Both the position numbers and the translations under genes were made by a program. A stretch of 64,000 nt of DNA from an uncultured Candidatus Binatia bacterium (GTDB lineage: Bacteria; Desulfobacterota; Binatia; UBA9968; JAJDTQ01), in the NCBI GenBank assembly GCA_964291295.2, contig OZ219754.1, positions 1,760,001 to 1,824,000 on the forward strand, written 5' to 3'. The notes below the pieces were generated by a model. It saw nothing but the letters and a program-made list of their open reading frames with translations, was not told the origin of the DNA and searched no databases. Shown here in pieces: positions 29,770-39,731 of this stretch (positions within the stretch are counted from its first letter, which is position 1; every line of letters begins with the position of its first letter).

Positions 29770-30927
29770 ATGGATTTCTCGCTGCCCGAAGAGTTGCAGG
29801 TGCTTCAGGAGACCGTCCGGAAGTTCGTCGATCAGGAACTCATTCCGGTGGAGATGGAGTGCCGGGACGGCGTGACGCTCAAGCCCGAGTACCGGGAGCG
29901 CTTCGAGGCCCGGACCCGGGAGATGGGCCTCTGGATGCTCGATGTGCCGGAGGACTTCGGCGGTGCCGGCCTGAGCCTGCTGGCGCAGGTTCTCATCTGG
30001 GCGGAAGTGGCCCGTTCGGTGGCCATCCCGTCCCGGGGCCGCAGCATCTTCGGTCCGGAGGTGCGGCCGGTGCTCTACGCCATGAACGAGGAGCAGAAGG
30101 AACGCTATCTCTATCCGTTGCTGAAGGACGAGAAGCGCGCCTGTTTTGCCCAGACCGAGCCCGACGCCGGCTCGGACCCGGGCTCCATGCGCACCCGGGC
30201 CGTGCGCGACGGCGACTCCTATGTGATCAACGGCGTCAAGCGCTTCATCACCGAGGCGGATGAGGCCGATTTCGCGCAGGTGATGGTGGCCACGGACCCC
30301 GCCAAGGGCTCCCACGGCGGCATCTCATGCATCCTGGTGGACATGGACAACCCGGGCGTGAAGATCACCGCCAAATACAAGACCATGATGGGCTATGAGC
30401 CGTGCGAGATCGTGTTCGACAATTGCCGGGTGCCGGTGGCGAACCGGATCGGCGCGGAGGGCGAGGGGTTCAAGCTGGGGCAGCAGTGGCTCGGCATCGG
30501 CCGGCTGAAGCACGGCGGGCGCGCTATCGGCGTGGCCCGGCGCGCCATCGAGATGGGCGCCGCTTACGCGAAGCAGCGGGTGACCTTCGGCAAGCCCCTG
30601 GCCGAGCGGCAGGCCATCCAGTTCAAGCTGGCGGACTCCTACACGGAGCTGCACGCTGCCACCCTGATGGTCCACCATGCGGCCTGGAAATACGATCAGG
30701 GCCAGGACATGCGCAACGAAGGCTACATGGTGAAGGTGTACGCCGACGAGATGTCCTTCCGGGTGGTGGACCGGGTGCTGCAGATCCACGGCGGCGTCGG
30801 CCTCACCACCGATCTCCCCATCGAGCTGTGGTTCCGCGACCAGCGCAGCCGCCTCATCACCGAGGGTGCGTCCGAGGTCATGCGCATGGTCATCGCCCGG
30901 CATGTGCTGCGGCAGTACGGCGGTTGA
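29770..30927 (+). CDS. Acyl-CoA dehydrogenase
   Basis: FAQTEPDAGSD, NGVKRFIT, QIHGGVG and ITEGASEV motifs. Confidence 0.93.
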   Translation: MDFSLPEELQVLQETVRKFVDQELIPVEMECRDGVTLKPEYRERFEARTREMGLWMLDVPEDFGGAGLSLLAQVLIWAEVARSVAIPSRGRSIFGPEVRPVLYAMNEEQKERYLYPLLKDEKRACFAQTEPDAGSDPGSMRTRAVRDGDSYVINGVKRFITEADEADFAQVMVATDPAKGSHGGISCILVDMDNPGVKITAKYKTMMGYEPCEIVFDNCRVPVANRIGAEGEGFKLGQQWLGIGRLKHGGRAIGVARRAIEMGAAYAKQRVTFGKPLAERQAIQFKLADSYTELHAATLMVHHAAWKYDQGQDMRNEGYMVKVYADEMSFRVVDRVLQIHGGVGLTTDLPIELWFRDQRSRLITEGASEVMRMVIARHVLRQYGG

Positions 30928-31053
30928 GCCCCCCCTCCCCCCCGGTGCCGGTTCGGGGTGATGTCCGGGGGGTCGAACGAATGTCCGTGATGTCCGGAGG
31001 TTTGGAGATGTCCGGGCTTCGTGGTATACGATGCGATTGAGTCGAGGTTCGCG

Positions 31054-31257
31054 ATGAAAGCCGAAATTCACCCGGAGTACCAGCTTGTCAACGTGGTGTG
31101 CGCCTGCGGCCATTCCTTCGAGGTGCGCTCCACTGCCAAGAGCATCCATACCGAGATCTGTTCCAACTGCCATCCCTTCTACACCGGCAAGCAGAAGCTT
31201 CTCGACACCGCCGGCCGGGTCGAGAAGTTCAAGAGGCGATACGGTATCAAGGACTGA
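31054..31257 (+). CDS. rpmE: 50S ribosomal protein L31 (Zn-binding form)
   Basis: [26 protein letters not shown]. Confidence 0.97.
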   Translation: MKAEIHPEYQLVNVVCACGHSFEVRSTAKSIHTEICSNCHPFYTGKQKLLDTAGRVEKFKRRYGIKD

Positions 31258-31285
31258 GGGACGATCCCGACCGGTTCTTGTCGGC

Positions 31286-31324
31286 AAGGGGGCAAAGGGT
31301 GGCGCAAATTCCCTTTGCCCCCTT
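31286..31324 (+). terminator. 14-bp-stem hairpin between rpmE and prfA
   Basis: AAGGGGGCAAAGGG / CCCTTTGCCCCCTT perfect arms with an 11-nt loop. Confidence 0.6.
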
Positions 31325-31352
31325 TGCGTTGTGCGCGGAGCGGAATGTGAGC

Positions 31353-32417
31353 ATGCTCGAGAAGATGGCCGAGGTGGAGGGCCGCTACGACGAACTGGAG
31401 GGCCTGCTGGCGGATCCCGGCCTGCTGGAGGATCGCAAGGAGTATTCCAGGGTGGCCAAGGAGCGGGCGGACCTGGCCGAGGTGGTGGGGTGCTACCGGG
31501 AGTGGCGCAAGGTCGAGCAGGCGGTTCGGGACAACCGGGAGCTGCTGGACGATGGCGACCCCGAGCTCCGGGAACTGGCCGCCGAGGAGCTGGAGACGCT
31601 CGCCGGGAGACGGGAGACGCTGGAGCGGCAGCTCAGGATCCTGCTCTTGCCCAAGGATCCCAACGACGGCCGCAACGTCCTGCTGGAGATCCGGGCCGGC
31701 ACGGGAGGCGAGGAGGCCTCGCTCTTCAGCGCCGACCTGTTCCGGATGTATAGCCGCTACGCGGAAACCCGGGGCTGGAAGGTGGAGGTGCTGAGTTCCA
31801 ATCCCACCGGCTTGGGCGGATTCAAGGAGATCATCGCGCTCGTCGAGGGGCAGGGGGCCTACAGCCAGCTCAAGTTCGAAGGGGGTGTGCATCGGGTCCA
31901 GCGGGTTCCGGTGACCGAAACCTCGGGCCGGATCCACACCTCGGCGGTGACCGTGGCGGTGCTTCCGGAGGCCGACGAAGTGGATGTGGAGATCGATCCC
32001 AGGGACTTGCGCATCGACGTCTTCCGTTCCTCGGGGCCCGGGGGGCAGAGCGTCAACACCACCGACTCGGCGGTGCGGATCACCCACGTGCCCACGGGGA
32101 TCGTGGTGTCGTGCCAGGACGAGAAGTCGCAGCACAAGAACCGGGCCCGGGGTCTCAAGATCCTGCGCGCCCGCCTGCTGGAGCAGACCCGGGAGGCCCG
32201 GCGCTCGGAGGTCGCGGCTTCGCGCAAGCTGATGGTGGGGAGCGGGGACCGCAGCGAGCGGATCCGCACCTACAACTTTCCGCAGGGGCGGGTGACCGAC
32301 CACCGGATCAACCTGACCCTGTACAAGCTGGACCAGGTCATGGACGGCGGCGTCAAGGATCTGATCGACGGCCTGATCACGTACCATCAGGCGGAAGCGC
32401 TCCAGGCTACCGCCTGA
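31353..32417 (+). CDS. prfA: Peptide chain release factor 1
   Basis: PVT tripeptide and GGQ motif. Confidence 0.97.
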   Translation: MLEKMAEVEGRYDELEGLLADPGLLEDRKEYSRVAKERADLAEVVGCYREWRKVEQAVRDNRELLDDGDPELRELAAEELETLAGRRETLERQLRILLLPKDPNDGRNVLLEIRAGTGGEEASLFSADLFRMYSRYAETRGWKVEVLSSNPTGLGGFKEIIALVEGQGAYSQLKFEGGVHRVQRVPVTETSGRIHTSAVTVAVLPEADEVDVEIDPRDLRIDVFRSSGPGGQSVNTTDSAVRITHVPTGIVVSCQDEKSQHKNRARGLKILRARLLEQTREARRSEVAASRKLMVGSGDRSERIRTYNFPQGRVTDHRINLTLYKLDQVMDGGVKDLIDGLITYHQAEALQATA

Positions 32418-32421
32418 CCTC

Positions 32422-33312
32422 GTGGAACCGCAGATGACAGGGAAAGTGGCGGATGTGCTGCGGCGCGCCGCCGCCCGCTTGGGGGATGCCGGCATCGACA
32501 CCGCCCGGCTTGATGCCGAGCTGCTCCTGATGGAGGCGCTCGGGTGGTCGAGGGAGCATCTCTACCGCAACCCCCGGGGCGAATTGCGGGACTTCCAGAC
32601 GGCGCGGTTCGAGAGCCTGATCGGCCGGCGGCTCGGCGCCGAGCCCGTGGCCTACGTCACCGGCTTGCGGGAGTTCCGGTCCCTGGACTTCCGGGTCACG
32701 CCGGACGTGCTCATCCCGCGTCCGGAGACTGAGCACCTGGTGGAGACGGTGGTGGAGTTCCTGGCGCCGGGTTCCGGCCCGGGCCGGATCCTGGAGATCG
32801 GTACGGGCAGCGGCGCGGTGGCGGTCTGTCTGGCCCTGGAATTCCCGCGGGCGGAGATCTGGGCCACCGACGTTTCGGTCGCGGCCCTGGAGGTGGCCCG
32901 GGACAACGCGGTTCGTCATGGCGCCGCCGGCCGGATCCGCTGGTGCCCGGGAGATCTGCTGGCGCCGCTGCGGGGTCTGTGCGCATGGTTCGACGTCCTG
33001 GTGTCGAATCCGCCCTACATCCCCAGCGGCGCCATCGCCTCGCTGCCGCCAGGCGTGCGGGAGTGGGAGCCGGCGCTGGCCCTGGACGGCGGCGCCGACG
33101 GCATGGACTTCCACCGCCGGCTCGGGCGCGGCGGCGCCCGGCACCTCCGGGAGGGTGGAATGCTGGCGCTGGAGGTGGGAGCGGCGCAAGGTGACACGGT
33201 CTCCGGATTGTTCCGGGACAACCGGGAGCTTCGACGGGTGCGGGTGCGGCGGGACTACGGCGGCCGCCCCCGGGTGGTGACCGCGGAACGGGCGCCGATG
33301 TCAAGAAATTGA
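32422..33312 (+). CDS. prmC: Release factor glutamine methyltransferase
   Basis: LIPRPETE and SNPPY motifs; follows prfA. Confidence 0.95.
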   Translation: MEPQMTGKVADVLRRAAARLGDAGIDTARLDAELLLMEALGWSREHLYRNPRGELRDFQTARFESLIGRRLGAEPVAYVTGLREFRSLDFRVTPDVLIPRPETEHLVETVVEFLAPGSGPGRILEIGTGSGAVAVCLALEFPRAEIWATDVSVAALEVARDNAVRHGAAGRIRWCPGDLLAPLRGLCAWFDVLVSNPPYIPSGAIASLPPGVREWEPALALDGGADGMDFHRRLGRGGARHLREGGMLALEVGAAQGDTVSGLFRDNRELRRVRVRRDYGGRPRVVTAERAPMSRN

Positions 33313-34604
33313 CAAGGGAAACGGGGTCGGCGGTCTTGGACAGCATCGTTGTCAGGGGCGGGACGGTTCTGGAGGGCGAGGTGGCCCTCGGCGGGTCGAA
33401 GAACGCCGCGCTTCCGGTGATCATCTCGTCGCTTCTGACCGCCGATGCGTGCTGTTACGACAGGGTGCCGGCGCTTCGTGACGTGAGCACGACCCTGCGC
33501 CTGCTCTCCCGCCTGGGAGTCACCATCGAGAAGGATGTCTCGCCCGGCGCCCGGCTGAAGCTCACCGCCGACAGGATCAGCGAGTTCGAGGCGCCCTATG
33601 ATCTGGTCAAGACCATGCGCGCCTCGTTCCTGGTCCTGGGGCCGCTGGTGGCGCGCTTCGGCGAGGCCCGGGTGTCGACGCCCGGCGGCTGCGCCATCGG
33701 CTCCCGGCCGGTGGATCTGCACCTCCGCGGGTTGGAGCGCATGGGCGCCTCCATCCGCCAGGACCACGGCTATGTCGAAGCACGGGCGCGCCGGCTCGGG
33801 GGTGCCGTCATCCCGCTCGATTTCCCTTCCGTGGGGGCCACCGAGAATCTCATGATGGCCGCCACCCTCGCCCGGGGGGAGACCGTGATCGAAAACGCCG
33901 CCCGCGAGCCGGAGGTGGCCGAGCTGGCCGCCGTGCTGCGGAAGATGGGCGCCCGGGTGAGCGGGGCCGGCGGCGCGGTCATCCGCATCGAGGGCGTGGA
34001 GGAGCTTCACGGCGCCTCTCACGAGATGGGTCCGGACCGCATCGAGACCGGCACCTTCATGGTGGCCGCCGCCCTCACCGGCGGCAACGTCCTGATCGAG
34101 GGCGCCCGGGCCGAAAACCTCGAAGCTGTCATCGCCAAGCTGCGGGAGACCGGCGCCGGGGTGGCGGAAGAGCCGGGCGGGATTCGCGTAACCGGCAACG
34201 GTCGGGTGCGCGGCACCGATGTGGCCACGCGGCCCTACCCGGGTTTTCCGACGGACCTGCAGGCGCAGATGATGGTACTGATGGCGGTGGCCGACGGCGC
34301 CAGCGTCATTACGGAGAACATCTTCGAGAACCGCTTCATGCACGTCCAGGAGTTCAACCGGATGGGCGCGCGGATCACCCTCGACGGCAACAGGGCGGCG
34401 GTCCGGGGTGTGGCGGCGTTGTCGGGCGCGCCGGTGATGGCCACGGACCTGCGCGCGAGCGTGTCGCTGGTGCTGGCGGGCCTGGTGGCCAAGGGCGTCA
34501 CCGAGGTGTCGCGGATATATCACCTGGAGCGGGGGTACGAGGAGATCGAAGGCAAGCTTGCCCGCCTGGGCGCGGACATACGAAGGGTGGACCGTGACGG
34601 TTGA
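33309..34604 (+). CDS. murA: UDP-N-acetylglucosamine 1-carboxyvinyltransferase
   Basis: [22 protein letters not shown] and PYPGFPTD motifs; start may be TTG at 33336. Confidence 0.97.
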   Translation: MTRETGSAVLDSIVVRGGTVLEGEVALGGSKNAALPVIISSLLTADACCYDRVPALRDVSTTLRLLSRLGVTIEKDVSPGARLKLTADRISEFEAPYDLVKTMRASFLVLGPLVARFGEARVSTPGGCAIGSRPVDLHLRGLERMGASIRQDHGYVEARARRLGGAVIPLDFPSVGATENLMMAATLARGETVIENAAREPEVAELAAVLRKMGARVSGAGGAVIRIEGVEELHGASHEMGPDRIETGTFMVAAALTGGNVLIEGARAENLEAVIAKLRETGAGVAEEPGGIRVTGNGRVRGTDVATRPYPGFPTDLQAQMMVLMAVADGASVITENIFENRFMHVQEFNRMGARITLDGNRAAVRGVAALSGAPVMATDLRASVSLVLAGLVAKGVTEVSRIYHLERGYEEIEGKLARLGADIRRVDRDG

Positions 34605-35904
34605 CATCGTGAAGACCACGGATCCCGGTTTCGACAGGACCCTGGACCGGATCCTCCAGCGGCGCGGCGAGATCGAGCGGGACGTGGAGACGAGGGTGGC
34701 GGAGATCATCGAGAACGTGCGGCGTCACGGCGACAAGGCCCTGGTGCGCTATGCCAGAGCGTTCGATGGCATTGCCCTGAAACGTTCCGGCATCGAGGTG
34801 CCGGCGGAAGAAATCGACCGCGCCCGCGAGAACGTTTCCAGGGAGGATCTGCGCTGGCTGCGGCTGGCGGCGGCGCGCATCCGGCGGTTTCATCGTCGCC
34901 AGATCGAGAAGAGCTGGCGCTACCGGGACCCCCTGGGGCTGGAACTGGGCCAGCGTATCAGCCCGGTGGACCGCGCCGGTGCCTACGTGCCCGGCGGCAA
35001 GGCCGCCTATCCCTCCACCGTGCTCATGACCGTGATCCCGGCGGTGGCCGCCGGTGTCCGGGAGGTGGTGGTGGCCACTCCGGTTCGGGAGCAGGCCGCG
35101 CTGGTGCTGGCGGCGGCGCGCATCGCCGGCGCGCATCGGGTCTTTCGCATGGGCGGGGCCCAGGCCGTGGCCGCCCTGGCCTACGGTACCGAAACCGTCC
35201 CCCGGGTGGACAAGGTGGTGGGGCCGGGCAACGTGTACGTGGCGGCGGCGAAGCGGCTCGTGTTCGGCCAGGTGGATATCGACTCCATTGCCGGCCCCAG
35301 TGAGTTGCTGCTGCTGGTGGACGGCTCCGCGGACCCGCGTTACGTGGCCGCGGACATGCTGTCCCAGGCCGAGCATGACGAGTTGGCCGCCGCGGTGTGC
35401 GTCACCCCGTCCATGACCATGGCCCGCAAGGTCCAGGCGGCCATCGACCAACAGCTCGGGAGTACCCGGCGGCAGGCCATCGTCCTGGGGGCGCTGCGGC
35501 GCTTCGGCACCCTCATGGTTTCGCGCTCCCTGAAGGAGGCGGTGGACATCGCCAACGCCATCGCGCCGGAGCACGTGCAGATCATGGTGCGGCGCCCCGA
35601 GCCATGCGTCGAGGCGGTGCGCAACGCCGGCGCGATCTTTGTCGGAGCCCATGCCACGCCGCCGCTGAGCGACTACGTGGCCGGCCCCAGCCACGTGCTC
35701 CCCACCGGCGGCAGCGCGCGCTTCTTTTCGCCCTTGGGCGCCTACCACTTCGTCAAGCGGACGAGCATCGTGCGCGCCGAGCCCGGCGGACTGGCCGCCC
35801 TTGCACCGGCCGTGGTCCATCTGGCGCGCCGGGAGGGGCTGGACGCCCACGCCCGGGCCGTGGAGGCGCGGATGCCGGCGGGGAAGGAGAAAGCGCATGA
35901 ATAG
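34594..35904 (+). CDS. hisD: Histidinol dehydrogenase
   Basis: YVPGG, GPGN, AGPSE, SQAEH and APEH motifs. Confidence 0.96.
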   Translation: MTVDIVKTTDPGFDRTLDRILQRRGEIERDVETRVAEIIENVRRHGDKALVRYARAFDGIALKRSGIEVPAEEIDRARENVSREDLRWLRLAAARIRRFHRRQIEKSWRYRDPLGLELGQRISPVDRAGAYVPGGKAAYPSTVLMTVIPAVAAGVREVVVATPVREQAALVLAAARIAGAHRVFRMGGAQAVAALAYGTETVPRVDKVVGPGNVYVAAAKRLVFGQVDIDSIAGPSELLLLVDGSADPRYVAADMLSQAEHDELAAAVCVTPSMTMARKVQAAIDQQLGSTRRQAIVLGALRRFGTLMVSRSLKEAVDIANAIAPEHVQIMVRRPEPCVEAVRNAGAIFVGAHATPPLSDYVAGPSHVLPTGGSARFFSPLGAYHFVKRTSIVRAEPGGLAALAPAVVHLARREGLDAHARAVEARMPAGKEKAHE

Positions 35905-36484
35905 AACGGCTACGGTACACCGCAGGACCACGGAGACGGACATCACCGCGGTGGTCGCCATCGACGGCAAGGGCCAGGCCCGGGTGAGCACCGGCATCCC
36001 GTTCTTCGACCACATGCTGGAGATCTTCACCCGTCACGGCCTGTTCGACATCGCCGTGGACGCCAAGGGCGACCTTGAGGTGGACTATCACCATACGGTG
36101 GAGGACGTGGGGTTGACCTTGGGGCAGGCGTTCAAGGAGGCGCTGGGAGACAAGCACGGCATCCGAAGGTTTGGCGAGGCCGCGGTGCCGCTGGACGAGG
36201 CGCTGGCGCGGGTGGTGGTGGACCTTGGCGGACGGCCCTATCTGGCCTATCGGGTGCGGGTCCGCGAGGGCCGGGTGGGAACCTTCGACACGGATCTTCC
36301 TCATGAGTTCTACCAGGCCTTCGTCAACCAGGTGGGAATGAACCTGCACATGGACGTCCGCCACGGCGAGAATCCGCATCACGTCATCGAGGCCTGTTTC
36401 AAGGGGTTCGCCCGGGCCATGGACCGGGCCACGGGGCGCGACGAAAGAATCGAAGGGGTGCTTTCCACCAAGGGGAGCCTGTGA
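35897..36484 (+). CDS. hisB: Imidazoleglycerol-phosphate dehydratase
   Basis: FFDHML, DYHHTVED, NPHHVIEA and STKG motifs. Confidence 0.96.
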   Translation: MNRTATVHRRTTETDITAVVAIDGKGQARVSTGIPFFDHMLEIFTRHGLFDIAVDAKGDLEVDYHHTVEDVGLTLGQAFKEALGDKHGIRRFGEAAVPLDEALARVVVDLGGRPYLAYRVRVREGRVGTFDTDLPHEFYQAFVNQVGMNLHMDVRHGENPHHVIEACFKGFARAMDRATGRDERIEGVLSTKGSL

Positions 36485-36653
36485 AGGGGCGCTTCGGGAG
36501 CGCGGGCGAGCCGACGGCAGTCCGGAAACCGCGGCACGTGCGCCGTTGGACGCGGCGCGAGACGGGTGCTCGGGGACGGTCACGTCATCCTGCCGTCCAC
36601 GGGACGCCGGGCGCTTTGGCGGTGCCGCGTCCGGCGTCAACGGAGGATTCGCG

Positions 36654-37280
36654 GTGATCGCGGTTGTCGACTACGGCATGGGTAATCTGAGAAGCGTCCA
36701 GAAGGGACTGGAGCGGGTGGGCTGCCAGGCCGAGGTCACCCGCGACCCGGGGCGCATTGCCGGTGCACGGGGCGTGGTGCTTCCCGGCGTGGGCGCGTTC
36801 CATGCCTGCATGGAGAACCTCCGGCGTTTCGGCCTGGTGGAGGTGGTGCGGGACGTGGTGCGCCACAAACGGCCGTTTCTCGGCATCTGCCTGGGGCTGC
36901 AACTCCTTTTCGAGAAAAGCGAGGAGTTCGGCGGGCCGGAAGGTCTCGGGCTGGTGCCCGGGAGGGTCCTGGGATTCTCCGCCGCGGACGGTCTCAAGGT
37001 GCCGCACATGGGCTGGAACGCCATTGAGATCCGCAAGCCCACGCGCTTCCTGGAAGGCATCGACAACGCCGCGCAGGTCTACTTCGTGCACTCGTTCCAC
37101 GCCGCGCCCGCGGACGCCGCGGTGGTGGCCACCGTCACCTCGCACGGGACACCCTTCGTGTCGAGCATCGCCACCGACCATCTCTTCGCGTGCCAGTTCC
37201 ATCCCGAGAAGAGCCAGGCCATCGGCCTGCGCATCCTCGAGAACTTTGGACGCTTTGCCGAAACGGGAGCCGCGGCCTGA
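36654..37280 (+). CDS. hisH: Imidazole glycerol phosphate synthase, glutaminase subunit
   Basis: DYGMGNLRSV, GICLGLQ and QFHPEKS motifs. Confidence 0.96.
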   Translation: MIAVVDYGMGNLRSVQKGLERVGCQAEVTRDPGRIAGARGVVLPGVGAFHACMENLRRFGLVEVVRDVVRHKRPFLGICLGLQLLFEKSEEFGGPEGLGLVPGRVLGFSAADGLKVPHMGWNAIEIRKPTRFLEGIDNAAQVYFVHSFHAAPADAAVVATVTSHGTPFVSSIATDHLFACQFHPEKSQAIGLRILENFGRFAETGAAA

Positions 37281-37298
37281 GCCGCCGGTGCCGCCGAC

Positions 37299-38027
37299 AT
37301 GCTGATCATCCCCGCCATCGACATCAAGGACGGCCGCTGCGTGCGGCTGTACCAGGGCGACATGGAGCGCGAGACCGTCTACTATCCGCAGCCGCTGGAC
37401 GCGGCCCGGTATCTGGTGGAGGAGGGCGCCCGCATGCTCCATGTGGTGGACCTCAACGGCGCGGTGGCGGGACGTCCGGTCCATCTGCCGGAGCTGGCCG
37501 CCATCTGCGCCGAATCGGCGGTGGCGGTGGAGATGGGCGGCGGGCTGCGGACCCTGGAAGCCGTGGAGCAGGCCGTGGCGGCGGGGGTGGCGCGGGTGGT
37601 GATCGGCACCCGGGCGTACGAGAGCCCGGACTTCCTGCGCCGGACCTGCGCGCGCTTTCCCGGCCGGGTGGTGGCGGGCATCGACGCGCGCGCCGGCCGG
37701 GTGGCGGTCCGGGGCTGGCGTGACGACACGGCGCTGGATGCGGTGGAACTGGCGCGCCGGTGCCAAGGCGCCGGCGCCGCGCGGATCATCTACACCGACA
37801 TCGGCCGCGACGGCACGGGCCTGGGCGTGAATGTGGAGCAGACGGCGCAGGTGGCCCGGGCGGTGGCGATCCCGGTCATCGCCTCCGGCGGGGTCGGTTC
37901 GCTGGATGACATCCGCGCACTGGCGGCGCTGGCGGGCGAGGGTGTCGAGGGGGTCATCGTGGGCCGGGCGCTCTACAACGGCGCCTTTTCCCTGCTCGAA
38001 GCCATGGCGGCGGCGGATGCTCACTAG
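37299..38027 (+). CDS. hisA: ProFAR isomerase
   Basis: [18 protein letters not shown] and YTDIGRDG motifs. Confidence 0.96.
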   Translation: MLIIPAIDIKDGRCVRLYQGDMERETVYYPQPLDAARYLVEEGARMLHVVDLNGAVAGRPVHLPELAAICAESAVAVEMGGGLRTLEAVEQAVAAGVARVVIGTRAYESPDFLRRTCARFPGRVVAGIDARAGRVAVRGWRDDTALDAVELARRCQGAGAARIIYTDIGRDGTGLGVNVEQTAQVARAVAIPVIASGGVGSLDDIRALAALAGEGVEGVIVGRALYNGAFSLLEAMAAADAH

Positions 38028-38787
38028 ACGACTCATTCCCTGCCTCGACGTCGACGCCGGCCGGGTGGTGAAGGGGATCCGGTTCGTGGAGATCCGCGAC
38101 GCCGGGGATCCGGTGGAGGCGGCCCGGGCCTACGACGCGGCCGGCGCGGACGAACTCTGCTTCCTCGACATCACCGCCTCCCACGAGCAGCGCGGGATCA
38201 TCCTGGACGTGGTGGCGCGCACGGCCGACGCGGTTTTCATGCCCCTGACCGTGGGCGGCGGGATCCGGGAGAACGCGGACATCCGCAGGCTGCTGAAGGC
38301 CGGCGCCGACAAGGTCTCCATCAACACCGCGGCGGTGGCGCGTCCGGAGTTCGTGCGCGAAGCGGCGGAGATCTTCGGCAGCCAGTGCATCGTGGTGGCC
38401 ATCGATGCCAAGCGGGTGGAGGACCACTGGGAGGTGTTCACCCACGGTGGCCGCAAGCCCACCGGCATCGACGCGTGCGCGTGGGCCGAGCGCATGGCGG
38501 CCAGCGGCGCCGGCGAGATCCTGCTGACCAGCATGGACCGCGACGGTACCCGGGACGGCTACGATCTGCCGCTGACCCGGGCGATTGCCGACCGGGTCAC
38601 GGTTCCGGTCATCGCCTCGGGCGGCGTCGGCAATCCGGAACACCTCCACGACGGTTTCGTGGAGGGGCATGCCAGCGCCGCGCTGGCGGCGTCCATCTTC
38701 CACTACGGCGAGTACACCATCGGCGAGTGCAAGCGCTATCTGGAAGAGTGCGGGGTTCCGGTGCGGCCCACCCATGCCCAAGGCTGA
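38017..38787 (+). CDS. hisF: Imidazole glycerol phosphate synthase, cyclase subunit
   Basis: [15 protein letters not shown] and [10 protein letters not shown] motifs. Confidence 0.96.
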   Translation: MLTRRLIPCLDVDAGRVVKGIRFVEIRDAGDPVEAARAYDAAGADELCFLDITASHEQRGIILDVVARTADAVFMPLTVGGGIRENADIRRLLKAGADKVSINTAAVARPEFVREAAEIFGSQCIVVAIDAKRVEDHWEVFTHGGRKPTGIDACAWAERMAASGAGEILLTSMDRDGTRDGYDLPLTRAIADRVTVPVIASGGVGNPEHLHDGFVEGHASAALAASIFHYGEYTIGECKRYLEECGVPVRPTHAQG

Positions 38788-39283
38788 CTTGGTCGAAGCA
38801 TCTGCGCAGCGAACTCGCGACCCACGGCATCCCGGGGAGAAACGGGGCCAGAGAGGCCGCCAGAGCTCACGGTCGCATTGAGCATCGCGGTCCCGGCTTG
38901 GTTTCCCGGCCTTGTCAACCATCCCCATGTCGCGCAGCTCCTTCGCATCGCTCGCGAGCGCGGCACCGACGTGACCACCCTTGAACACGCCGGTGGCATC
39001 ACCTCGGTGCCGCCTCCCCGGAGCCGCTCCTCGCCGGGAACCGTGGCCATGGATCGGTGGCCGTACACCCTCACATCAGGGGCACGACCTTCCAGGAAGA
39101 CGCCTGCCTTGCGTGCCAGCGCTTCGCCTCCGAGAACAACGGCCGTGCAGCCGCATCGCCGTCGTGCTCGTCATCCACGGGACTCCGTTCGACAGCGTCG
39201 CCTCCGCAACCCGCCACCTTGCGCTCAAGCGCGAGGACGCTTTCGCCGTTATTCTCTCACCCTGAACATCACAACGCCGGACC

Positions 39284-39468
39284 ATGGGACGTCCGGCGCT
39301 TTGCCAGCACCCGCACGTCCGCGCTGACCGAAACCCTGTCACCGCAGGCTCCCGCCCGCCCATTCATCGGTCCGCGCCCGGCTGCCTTGTCGCTGGGTGC
39401 ATGCCATCAACCATCGAAGCCTCTGGACAAACACACCCGGGTTCTTCCGCTGTTCCCCAACGTGGGAT
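39284..39468 (+). repeat. Conserved upstream element of adhesin locus 1 (homologous to 56398-56570)
   Basis: Shared blocks GCACG(T/C)CCGCGCTGA(C/T)CGA, GTCACCGC, TCAACCATCGAAG, CTGGACA and CGTGGGA in the same order. Confidence 0.8.
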
Positions 39469-39668
39469 GATCCTGGCCGGCAAAGCCGCGGGTATTGCAA
39501 CCGCTCGCTGTTTCGGCTATCAGGTATGGGCTGTCCGCTTCGGCCGTGCGCCGGCACGGACATTCTCTCGACCATACCATTCGAGACGGAAGGGTGAGGC
39601 CATGACGAAAATACCGCGCGGTTGTTCGGACGGGAAACACGGTTGCCTCATGCACGCGGGGCCTTCGT

Positions 39669-39691
39669 CCCCCCCCCCCCCCCCCCCCCCC
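39669..39691 (+). repeat. Poly-C tract (C23) between the upstream ATG (39602) and the adhesin ORF; putative phase-variation switch
   Basis: 23 consecutive C. ATG 39602 is out of frame with ORF 39732, and C22 or C25 would fuse them without a stop. Confidence 0.9.
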
Positions 39692-39731
39692 TTCCAACAT
39701 CCACTCTCTCTCTGGGCGCGAGGCTGATCCG

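Noticed and set aside
39420-39510. c-di-GMP-I riboswitch-like words (GCAAAGCCGCGGGT) upstream of adhesin 1
   Set aside because: The GAAA-tetraloop P2 stem and matching P1 are not evident, and the words are not conserved at locus 2; an Rfam scan would settle it
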